A stretch of 64,000 bases of DNA from assembly GCA_902793435.1 (NCBI GenBank), contig CADBDF010000003.1, forward strand, positions 26,167-90,166. The letters are read 5' to 3'. Of this stretch, positions 9,581-16,364 are shown piece by piece. The notes beneath the pieces were generated by a model, which was not told the DNA's origin, ran no database searches, and saw only the letters and a list, made by a program, of their open reading frames with translations. The number at the start of each line of letters is the position of its first letter. Within the stretch, counting starts at the first letter, position 1. This DNA comes from an uncultured Pseudomonadota bacterium (lineage in GTDB: Bacteria > Pseudomonadota > Alphaproteobacteria > Rs-D84). Position numbers and translations under genes: made by a program.

Positions 9581-9694
9581 AACAAATACTTTTCAATTTT
9601 TTATATTATCAAACAAATAGATAAAGTCAATATTCGGCAAAAATACTTGACACAAGGAATTTTTTTATATAAAATTTGTCGGCAATAGAGTTTT

Positions 9695-9769
9695 GGCCCC
9701 ATCGTCTAATGGTTAGGACACCGCCCTTTCAAGGCGAGAATCCCGGTTCGAATCCGAGTGGGGCTGCCA
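9695..9769 (+). tRNA. tRNA-Glu (anticodon UUC)
   Basis: GGCCCCATCGTCTAATGGTTAGGACACCGCCCTTTCAAGGCGAGAATCCCGGTTCGAATCCGAGTGGGGCTGCCA is close to E. coli tRNA-Glu. Anticodon loop is CTTTCAA and CCA is encoded. I count a G1-U72 wobble and two stem mismatches (27-43, 50-64). Confidence 0.85.
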
Positions 9770-9779
9770 AAATAAACAA

Positions 9780-9803
9780 ATCGGGTTTTATGCCCGATTT
9801 TTC
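9780..9803 (+). terminator. rho-independent terminator after tRNA-Glu
   Basis: atcggg / cccgat stem followed by a T-run. Confidence 0.7.
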
Positions 9804-9877
9804 TTTGTTTTCCAATACTTTCAGCAGTTCGTAAGTCGGGCATCAAAAAACATACCCGTTTCACACATTTACGAACT
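9803..9877 (+). repeat. A repeat copy 1 (conserved leader plus nested hairpin)
   Basis: ctttgttttccaatactttca, then outer stem agttcgtaagt (9826-9836) / atttacgaact (9867-9877). Inner stem is cggg/cccg, with a 3' bulge tttcacac. Confidence 0.8.
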
Positions 9878-9987
9878 TTTAAAAAGAAAAGGTTAGAAAT
9901 CTAACCTTTTTTTGTATATATTGTTTTTTGCTTGAATTTTTCTGGTTTTTATTTCAATATTTTGTTTGTTGAAAAAGGGGATATTTA

Positions 9988-10698
9988 ATGAAAATCATAG
10001 ATAATATCAATGTGTTTGGTGATTCTTTGTCAAAAGGAATTGTTTTAGATGATGACTCTAAAAAATATAAAATATCAGATAACAATGCCGTAGATGTGTT
10101 TAGTCGTAATATGCCTGTTTCTGTAAAAAATTATTCCAGATTTGGTTGTACAACAGATAAAGCTGTAAAAATAGCAGATGGTGTATTTAATAACGGATTA
10201 GAAAACGATTTGTTTTTGGTTGAATTTGGTGGAAACGATTGCGATTTTAATTGGGATATTGTTGCAGAAAATCCGACCAACAAAGATATTAAACCAAGTG
10301 TTTCATTAGAACAGTTTAAGGTAAATACTCAAACTATCATTGATAAATTACGCAAATTAGGAAAACGTATTGCTATAATGTCTTTGCCACCAATTGATGC
10401 AAATAAATATTTTAAATGGATTTCCAAGGGTGATAAGCAACGTGCCGCAAATATTTTGCAATTCTTGGGGGATGTGAATTTTATATACAGACATCAAGAA
10501 TTGTATGCAGTTGCATTTAAACAAATTGCCATAGATAACAATATTCCTGTGGTGCCTGTTCGTGAAACCTTATTAGGCATTCATAAATTAAGTGATTACA
10601 TTTGTGAAGATGGAATACATCTAAATGAACAAGGGCAAGCGGTTGTAGAGAGTGTTTTTGAAAATACATATTTACAATATCACCCTGAAACAAAGTAA
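9988..10698 (+). CDS. SGNH/GDSL-family hydrolase
   Basis: 236 aa with block I (NVFGDSLSKG), block III (EFGGNDC) and block V (CEDGIHLN). Confidence 0.7.
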   Translation: MKIIDNINVFGDSLSKGIVLDDDSKKYKISDNNAVDVFSRNMPVSVKNYSRFGCTTDKAVKIADGVFNNGLENDLFLVEFGGNDCDFNWDIVAENPTNKDIKPSVSLEQFKVNTQTIIDKLRKLGKRIAIMSLPPIDANKYFKWISKGDKQRAANILQFLGDVNFIYRHQELYAVAFKQIAIDNNIPVVPVRETLLGIHKLSDYICEDGIHLNEQGQAVVESVFENTYLQYHPETK

Positions 10699-10704
10699 TG
10701 TGTA

Positions 10705-10787
10705 TCCAAAAACACCTTAATTTCTTTCCCGAATGACAACAAATCACGCATAAACTCAGTTCGTGAATTGCACAGATGGCCCTGCCA
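10705..10787 (+). repeat. B repeat copy 1 (ends in a tRNA-3'-end mimic)
   Basis: tccaaaaacaccttaatttctttcccgaatgacaacaaatcacgcataaactcagttcgtgaattgcacagatggccctgcca. Its end resembles T-loop + acceptor + CCA (compare ggttcgaatccgagtggggctgcca). Confidence 0.75.
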
Positions 10788-10797
10788 AAAAAACAAA

Positions 10798-10819
10798 ATC
10801 ACCTTTTGGTGATTTTTTT
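10798..10819 (+). terminator. hairpin plus T-run following B1
   Basis: atcacc tttt ggtgat then seven T. Same position relative to TGCCA as the tRNA-Glu terminator, but with a different, still complementary, stem sequence. Confidence 0.6.
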
Positions 10820-11030
10820 ATTTTGCTAAAACCTTTCACGAAGGATTTGAACCGGGATGGGTCAGAGCACCTGGCGCGGATACGCGCCACACGAAAACGA
10901 AGTTTTTGTGAAATATGGGTGCGCATGACCAATACGAGAATACACAATTAGAAAAATCATAAAAACGGAGTTTGTGTCCCCACGAGTTTTTATAGATTTT
11001 TATTATTGCGTATCGAAGAGGCGAGTGAAA

Positions 11031-11055
11031 AATCCGAGTGGGGCTGCCAAAATAA
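11031..11055 (+). repeat. displaced copy of the tRNA-Glu 3' end (att-type direct repeat)
   Basis: aatccgagtggggctgccaaaataa is identical to 9751-9775. It is followed by a hairpin (11060-11081) and A repeat copy 2, as after the intact tRNA. Confidence 0.85.
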
Positions 11056-11082
11056 CAAAACCGCATTTTTGCGGTTTTTTTG

Positions 11083-11156
11083 TTTGTTTTCCAATACTTT
11101 CATGAGTTCGTAAGTTAGGTGTTGAAAACAGACACCATTTCACACATTTACGAACT
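11083..11156 (+). repeat. A repeat copy 2
   Basis: Same leader and outer stem (11105-11115 / 11146-11156) as A1, but the inner stem is ggtgt/acacc instead of cggg/cccg. Confidence 0.8.
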
Positions 11157-11206
11157 TGCGTTTTTCTTAATTCATATTAAAATTTATTCTGAACAAAAGG
11201 AATGCA

Positions 11207-11503
11207 ATGATTATAACAATCTGCGGTAGCATGCGATTCAAACAAGAAATGATGAAAATCACCCAGGACATGACCCTTAACGGGCATTGTGTACTGACAC
11301 CTGTGTTTTCAATTGATGAACAAAGAGATTATACACCAGAACAAAGACAAAAACTAAAATCCGCACATTTAAAAAAGATTGATTTGTCTGATGCGATACT
11401 GGTTGTAAATGTAAATAACTATATCGGCGATTCAACAAATGCGGAAATAGAATACGCAAAACAAAAAAACAAACAGATTTTATATTATACCGATTTAATA
11501 TAG
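11207..11503 (+). CDS. small nucleoside 2-deoxyribosyltransferase-like (DUF4406-like) protein
   Basis: 98 aa. MIITICGSMRF, HLKKIDLSDAILVVN and YIGDSTNAEIEYAKQKNKQILYY resemble the stand-alone NDT-like fold family. AAAGGAA lies 5 nt upstream. Confidence 0.45.
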   Translation: MIITICGSMRFKQEMMKITQDMTLNGHCVLTPVFSIDEQRDYTPEQRQKLKSAHLKKIDLSDAILVVNVNNYIGDSTNAEIEYAKQKNKQILYYTDLI

Positions 11504-11543
11504 ACACTGGAAAAATAAATTTATTTTCTGTGTGGAACATTTC

Positions 11544-11610
11544 TGTAAAAATATTCTTATTTCTTTCCCGAACAACAACAAATCATGTATGTAATTAGTT
11601 CGTGAATTGC
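11544..11610 (+). repeat. B repeat copy 2 (lacks the TGCCA end)
   Basis: tgtaaaaatattcttatttctttcccgaacaacaacaaatcatgtatgtaattagttcgtgaattgc. Confidence 0.7.
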
Positions 11611-11716
11611 TTAAGCGGTGTTTTGATATTGCTTTTTTATGCGATTTATGATATAATATAGGCAATTTGACAGACGGCATTTTGCCGTCTTTTTTATTTA
11701 AACAAAGGAGTTATAA

Positions 11717-12322
11717 ATGGAACCTATCTATATATCCGCATTTCCAGGAATTGGTACAACCAGAATGTATGTTGGAAACGATGGAAATATTTATGAGTTT
11801 AGTGGCGGAAGTCGAGCATGGCGTAATAATAATCCCGGCAATTTGGAATATGGCAAATTTGCACGTGATAATGGAGCGATTGGAACAGACGGCAGATTTG
11901 CAATATTCCCAGATACTGCGACAGGTTTTAATGCTATGGCTGGTTTATTATCAACAAATGCTTATCAAAAACTAACAATAGAAGAAGCAATAAATAGATA
12001 TGCCCCACCAAACGAAAATAATGTTGAAGATTATTTAAAATCTATAGAACGACAGACTGGTTTTTCGCGTTCTACACCAATGAATAACCTTTCCAAAGAT
12101 AATTTATTAAAATTGGCGAAAGCAATGACAAAACATGAAGGAAATATGTCTGGAAAAAAACGTTTGGTTCCTAGAAACGAAAAATATATTTGGGTCACAG
12201 TTGGTGATGATAAAGTTCGACCAGAACATGAAATACTGGACGGAGAGATAAGAACATGGTATGATACACCACATCCAGGAGAAGAATATGGATGCAGGTG
12301 CCATGCAGAAAGCGCTGATTAG
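11717..12322 (+). CDS. hypothetical protein with a C-terminal phage MuF/SPP1-gp7-like motif
   Basis: 201 aa. The C-terminus DDKVRPEHEILDGEI...PHPGEEYGCRCHA resembles the MuF-family signature (D..R..H..LDG ... hP.CRC). The N-terminal part carries WRNNNPGNLEYG, which I cannot assign. Confidence 0.5.
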   Translation: MEPIYISAFPGIGTTRMYVGNDGNIYEFSGGSRAWRNNNPGNLEYGKFARDNGAIGTDGRFAIFPDTATGFNAMAGLLSTNAYQKLTIEEAINRYAPPNENNVEDYLKSIERQTGFSRSTPMNNLSKDNLLKLAKAMTKHEGNMSGKKRLVPRNEKYIWVTVGDDKVRPEHEILDGEIRTWYDTPHPGEEYGCRCHAESAD

Positions 12323-12800
12323 TTTTTTTGTTTTGTTATTATGTACGGCTTGTTCAAGACAAGTTGAATATACTGGTGTTTTTTCTGACGGTCTGCCAAC
12401 ACCAGATAAAACCGAATATTTTGATTTGTCAGACGAATACGGAATAAAACAAATAGATACCTTCTATATTGATGTTAATAATAACGGTATCAAAGACACA
12501 ATTAAACGTGGTCGTTTTGTGACGGGAACTGCGCACTCTTACACTTATTATGATATATATTTGGATAATGGTGAAAAACTTGCACGATTAACAACTCATG
12601 AGGGAGCAGATTGTGTTTTGCGCGCTTATAAATTCCAAATACAACCGTTCGTAATAACAAGTGCATCAAGAAATGTTGGTGCTGATTATACAGAACCCAC
12701 AAAAGCAAAAATTGAAAACCTTGAAATTATAAATAATAAAATAGAATCTGTATCATCCAAAGAACATAAACCAATTTGTGATGTCAGGTATTTATTGTAA
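12288..12800 (+). CDS. secreted protein or possible lipoprotein, hypothetical
   Basis: Start chosen at ATG 12288 (AGGAG 6 nt upstream), overlapping the previous gene by 35 nt. Signal-like N-terminus MDAGAMQKALISFFVLLLCTAC. Confidence 0.5.
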   Translation: MDAGAMQKALISFFVLLLCTACSRQVEYTGVFSDGLPTPDKTEYFDLSDEYGIKQIDTFYIDVNNNGIKDTIKRGRFVTGTAHSYTYYDIYLDNGEKLARLTTHEGADCVLRAYKFQIQPFVITSASRNVGADYTEPTKAKIENLEIINNKIESVSSKEHKPICDVRYLL

Positions 12801-12807
12801 ATAAGTA

Positions 12808-12890
12808 TTCAAAAACACCTTAACATCTTTCCCAAATAACAATAAATCGTGCATAGTATCATCTCGTGAATTGCGCAGATGGCCCTGCCA
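12808..12890 (+). repeat. B repeat copy 3 (with tRNA-3'-end mimic)
   Basis: Roughly four-fifths identical to B1 by eye, ending in the same gcagatggccctgcca. Followed by hairpin 12900-12922 (accggcc/ggtcggt). Confidence 0.75.
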
Positions 12891-12920
12891 AAAATTTAAA
12901 CCGGCCTTTTGGTCGGTTTT

Positions 12921-12996
12921 TTGTTTGTTTTTCAATACTTTCACAAGTTCGTAAGTTAGGTGTTGAAAACAGACACCTTTTTGCTGACTTTCGAAA
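12921..12996 (+). repeat. A repeat copy 3 (3' half degraded)
   Basis: Same leader, 5' outer stem (12946-12956) and ggtgt/acacc inner hairpin as A2. The 3' outer arm is replaced by ctttcgaaat. Confidence 0.7.
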
Positions 12997-12999
12997 TTT

Positions 13000-13266
13000 T
13001 CATTTCATCGTAGACTGCAAACTATCACGATATTGCCTGATTTGTTCTTTTGTTTGTAGATATTCTTTATAATATGGCAAAGCTTGCTCATATTGCTTTA
13101 CTTTATTATCAATAACAGATTGTTTGGCTTTTTCTTTATCTTCTTTTATACCCCTTGGTATTAAAACACCAAATATCATATAAGCACTGAGACCAGATAA
13201 AACAACAATCGCACCAATACCAAAACGATTATATTTTATGTTTCGTTTTTCTTCTTCTGGTGTCAT
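13000..13266 (-). CDS. small single-pass membrane protein, hypothetical
   Basis: 88 aa with one hydrophobic helix (FGIGAIVVLSGLSAYMIFGVLI) and a charged C-terminal tail. Confidence 0.4.
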   Translation of the reverse strand: MTPEEEKRNIKYNRFGIGAIVVLSGLSAYMIFGVLIPRGIKEDKEKAKQSVIDNKVKQYEQALPYYKEYLQTKEQIRQYRDSLQSTMK

Positions 13267-13315
13267 ACGCTATCCTTTTTTGGCATTGTAGCAAGACTTA
13301 TCTGCAATTGCAAGT

Positions 13316-13398
13316 TGTAAAAATATTGTAATATCTTTCCCAAATCGCAACAAATCACGCATAAACTCTACTTGTGAATTGCACGAGTCGCCTTGGCA
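13316..13398 (+). repeat. B repeat copy 4 (degenerate TGGCA end)
   Basis: tgtaaaaatattgtaatatctttcccaaatcgcaacaaatcacgcataaactctacttgtgaattgcacgagtcgccttggca. Overlaps the last ~10 codons of the deaminase gene on the other strand. Confidence 0.7.
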
Positions 13399-13952
13399 AA
13401 ATAATTTCTTTTTGGTTTATAAATTATGTGGCCTTGGGTCACATAATCTTGCAAAACCTGTTCGCCTGCATCCGTTTCGATTTGACCATATACGGTTATA
13501 CCGCGTTTTTTAAATTCATTAAACCAATCTGGTTTAAATCCTTCATCAAATCCGGTAATTTTGGTGACACGTTTAGAAGGCACACCATAATAAACCTCTT
13601 TGATTCCAGACCATATAATCGCCCCCAAACACATCATACATGGTTCCGATGTCACATATATACTTAAATCATACTTTGACAAATCATAAGTCCTCAGTTT
13701 CTTTTCTGCCAATTTTATCGCGTTCATTTCTGCATGATTGTGACTGCAAGATTTATTGACAACACTGTTGGCAGCCTTGGCAATCAAATTACCTTTTGAA
13801 TCATAAATTGCCGCCAAAAATGGACCATGCCCCGTATTAATATATTTTTTTAATTCGTGTTGTAATTCCAATATAATTTTACTGGCATTATCCAATTTAG
13901 ATTTATCGATTTTTTTATTAGCAATCACAGATAATGTTTTACTTTTTTGCAT
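13368..13952 (-). CDS. CDA-superfamily nucleoside/nucleotide deaminase (guanine-deaminase or TadA-like)
   Basis: 194 aa with zinc motifs HAEMNAI and SEPCMMCLGAIIWSGI. Confidence 0.75.
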   Translation of the reverse strand: MQKSKTLSVIANKKIDKSKLDNASKIILELQHELKKYINTGHGPFLAAIYDSKGNLIAKAANSVVNKSCSHNHAEMNAIKLAEKKLRTYDLSKYDLSIYVTSEPCMMCLGAIIWSGIKEVYYGVPSKRVTKITGFDEGFKPDWFNEFKKRGITVYGQIETDAGEQVLQDYVTQGHIIYKPKRNYFAKATRAIHK

Positions 13953-14061
13953 TTTCTTTCCTTTTATAAAATTATGGCATAAATTACATTAAATTGCAAA
14001 ACAAGTATAAAAAAACACCGCCTAATTTGACGGTGTATGTCAAGTATCCTTTGGCAAAAGA

Positions 14062-14310
14062 TTATCTTTCAATTTGTTTGGAATCCGGAAACATATCTGC
14101 AAATTGGTCGGCGGTTGTATGTGTTGCCGTCAAAACTTTGGATATTGTTTCCATGGACAACCAACGTGGCTGACCATATTTAGATGCCCTTTTGGATTTA
14201 TTAAATGTTGTTGGATCTAAACCACTGGCGCGAGCCAGACCACTGCACGTCATATTGTTCTTGCGCGCAAGAATTTCGATAGCATTCCATAAGTCTTCAT
14301 GAGTAAACAT
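14062..14310 (-). CDS. short helix-turn-helix DNA-binding protein (phage-repressor N-terminal-domain-like)
   Basis: 82 aa. NMTCSGLARASGLDPTTFNKSKR...RWLSMETISKVL resembles stand-alone HTH domains of S24/CI-type repressors. Confidence 0.55.
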   Translation of the reverse strand: MFTHEDLWNAIEILARKNNMTCSGLARASGLDPTTFNKSKRASKYGQPRWLSMETISKVLTATHTTADQFADMFPDSKQIER

Positions 14311-14388
14311 ATTTTTATCTCCCTTGGTTATAGCTATCCGTTCACAATAGGTATTTTAACAAAGGGATAAGTATTTATTCAATTAGAC

Positions 14389-14895
14389 CTAAATCCTATT
14401 TTTTATTTCTGGAAAATTTGCTTCAATGTTAAATTTGCGCAACCGTGGCATGTCAAAAAAACGCGTCGATGCGATACATATAACATAATCACCATGACGC
14501 ATAAATTGACGACAACGCGCAAATGCCCCCAACCGAAATATCGCGTTCATAAATGTCCGCGTACGAATTCTTTCTTTTTTATTACGAGCCTCGGGCAAAT
14601 TTATTATGCGCAAATCCCGCGATTCTGGAATTTCACAATCTTGGTTTGCATCGGCAATATCAATACCAACACGTCCATTTGATGCCGCAGCAACCACAAC
14701 AATATCATCACATGTAGCGTGTGATGTATATTTTTTACCAGATGCCACCACCATTAAACGTTCCAAAACAAATTGCGATTTTTGCCGATTATCCCTATAT
14801 TTCAATGCGCGTGCGCGATGGCGCGGCGATAATAATTCCGCATATAAATCTGGATTTTGACTAATCAAATTAATATTGGCTATATAAACTTTCAT
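14389..14895 (-). CDS. degenerate 4'-phosphopantetheinyl transferase-like protein
   Basis: LLSPRHRARALKYRDNRQKSQFVLERL and SHATCDDIVVVAAASNGRVGIDIA resemble Sfp-type PPTase N-terminal motifs. The C-terminal W..KEA..K motif is absent. Start set at ATG 14895 (the track start is TTG). Confidence 0.3.
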   Translation of the reverse strand: MKVYIANINLISQNPDLYAELLSPRHRARALKYRDNRQKSQFVLERLMVVASGKKYTSHATCDDIVVVAAASNGRVGIDIADANQDCEIPESRDLRIINLPEARNKKERIRTRTFMNAIFRLGAFARCRQFMRHGDYVICIASTRFFDMPRLRKFNIEANFPEIKNRI

Positions 14896-14941
14896 GCTGT
14901 GATTATAAAACAAAATTTAACAAAGGCAAATTTTTGACATT

Positions 14942-15685
14942 TTATTTATGATGAGTATATTTACATTTTGGATAATTTGAACAACCAAAAAATTCCCCGT
15001 ATTGTCCTTGGCGTAAAACCAGACGACCGTTGCACACAGGACAAATGTTTGCTGATATTTTTTTATGACGCGCCGCAACCGCATCTTCTACATCGCGAAT
15101 ATGCTGACGATTAGATACCAATTTATATTTTTTTATTTTTTGAATTTGGTCTGCAATTTCATTGGCACGTTTTGCCGATAACTTTATGTCATGATAACAC
15201 TTTATTTTGCCTGCGACCTGGGGGATATATACAACCGACGACGGCAATTGATGAAACATTAATCGACCCCGCGTGGAAAACGCAATTACCGATATAAATT
15301 TTGATGTCGGTATATTTAATTTATGCGACAACGCATTTATATGCCCAGCATTTTGTGTGATTGGATTAAAGAATTCATAGCGACGTCCATTATCAGTCTT
15401 GGTCCAATTTTCACCGTGTTCCGTTCCGGTAATAATGCCAGATATATTTTTAGTTTCCACCACAAAAATACCGTATTGCGACACGACAATATGGTCAATT
15501 TGCACACTGCCCCGCCCTGTTTTTAACATAACATCGTTGAATACGGCGTATTTATTGGACGGCAAAGATTTTAATCGACGCGCGACAGTTCCTTCGCCAA
15601 TATCACCACGAATTGGCGACGCAAAAGCCATCCAAATCAAGAAAACCACAATGGCAACCGCCCAAAAAGTTGTTTCTATATCCAT
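14942..15685 (-). CDS. NERD-domain protein with a C-terminal topoisomerase-type zinc ribbon
   Basis: N-terminal TM, then a NERD-like core (GEGTVARRL...VQIDHIVVSQYGIFVVETKN). C-terminus is CPVCNGRLVLRQGQYGEFFGCSNYPKCKYT. Confidence 0.7.
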   Translation of the reverse strand: MDIETTFWAVAIVVFLIWMAFASPIRGDIGEGTVARRLKSLPSNKYAVFNDVMLKTGRGSVQIDHIVVSQYGIFVVETKNISGIITGTEHGENWTKTDNGRRYEFFNPITQNAGHINALSHKLNIPTSKFISVIAFSTRGRLMFHQLPSSVVYIPQVAGKIKCYHDIKLSAKRANEIADQIQKIKKYKLVSNRQHIRDVEDAVAARHKKISANICPVCNGRLVLRQGQYGEFFGCSNYPKCKYTHHK

Positions 15686-15811
15686 GTCTGGTAATTATAT
15701 CACAAAATTTGATAAAAAGGAATCGTATGATAATTTTACATTTGCGTTGTCAAAAAAATAATATATAATGACAGCATTGTTCGTTTGAGAAAGAACGATT
15801 TATGAGGTTTT

Positions 15812-15901
15812 GGATGGTTGGCAGAGCGGTCGAATGCGACGGTCTTGAAAACCGCTGACGGGGTAACTCGTCCGGGGGTTCGAATCCCTCACCATCCGCC
15901 A
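15812..15901 (+). tRNA. tRNA-Ser (anticodon UGA)
   Basis: 90 nt. Acceptor GGATGGT/ACCATCC, anticodon loop CTTGAAA, long variable arm (TGACGGGGTAACTCGTCC), T-loop TTCGAAT, encoded CCA. Closely parallels E. coli serT. Confidence 0.95.
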
Positions 15902-16183
15902 GTATTCTGGCATGTATGCCGATACAGATGAAACGCCCGCGGTTCTGCGGGATTTTTCATACATTGACTTCGGTATGGGCGAAAATTGCCCTTTTTTACG
16001 CCATAATATCCTGCTTCCTATACACCCCCCATTTTCCGATAGTCAATACCTTGAAAAATAGCCAGAAAACCCTATATAAACACCGTAATAAAATTATAAA
16101 ACACAGGAGAAAAAATCGCTTTTTTTCATTGAAAACACAAGGTTTTTGTATTACATTTTTCATGAAAATTTATGAGGACAATT

Positions 16184-16357
16184 ATGAAAGAAACAGTAAA
16201 AAATCAAATAAACATCAATAAGGTGGGTAAAAACTCTGTTGTCGCAAATGGTGATACTGCAGTTGCTATTGGTAAAACAGAAAAAAACATAAATAAAAAA
16301 TCTTTTTGGGCTTCGTTAATAGAGGCAGTATCACGAGTATTTAAAATATTTTGCTAA
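16184..16357 (+). CDS. small protein sharing an N-terminal motif with the downstream giant protein
   Basis: 57 aa from ATG 16184 (GAGG 8 nt upstream). KNSVVANGDTAVAIGK parallels QDSVVANGELAVAAGR of the next ORF. Stop lies 7 nt before that ORF. Confidence 0.55.
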   Translation: MKETVKNQININKVGKNSVVANGDTAVAIGKTEKNINKKSFWASLIEAVSRVFKIFC

Positions 16358-16364
16358 ATAAAAG

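Larger units (their letters stand above)
9770..13398 (+). mobile_element. tandem array of small gene cassettes accreted at the tRNA-Glu 3' end (no recombinase inside)
   Basis: Three A repeats, four B repeats and four ...TGCCA + A-run + hairpin + T-run junctions. A 25-nt exact copy of the tRNA-Glu 3' end lies at 11031-11055. Cargo genes are unrelated to each other. Confidence 0.6.

Noticed and set aside
9826-9877. IS200/IS605-type (HUH transposase) origin of the hairpins, prompted by the TTAC in the 3' arm.
   Set aside because: There is no tnpA or tnpB in the window, and the left and right cassette ends are direct rather than the distinct LE/RE hairpins of that family. It is pure speculation, so it is mentioned only as an alternative.
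10840-10930. A possible minus-strand tRNA suggested by ggatttgaacc.
   Set aside because: Only the 15-nt T-arm fragment matches. I could not build acceptor, D or anticodon arms from the flanking sequence, so it is reported only as a fragment.
10756-10951. ORFs 10756-10947 (-) and 10763-10951 (+), and likewise 12866-13072 (+) and 13374-13667 (+).
   Set aside because: They lie inside the repeat, junction or terminator sequences or antisense to the deaminase gene. They have no RBS, and their similarity to each other (MNCTDGPAKK / MNCADGPAKN) simply reflects the B repeat DNA.
9803-13398. Interpreting the A/B repeats as a classical integron attC array or as a CRISPR array.
   Set aside because: There is no IntI-type integrase or attI in the window. 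The stems do not match RYYYAAC/GTTRRRY. The units are 67-85 nt and are separated by whole genes rather than 30-40-nt spacers, and there are no cas genes. The attC-like fold is kept only as an analogy.
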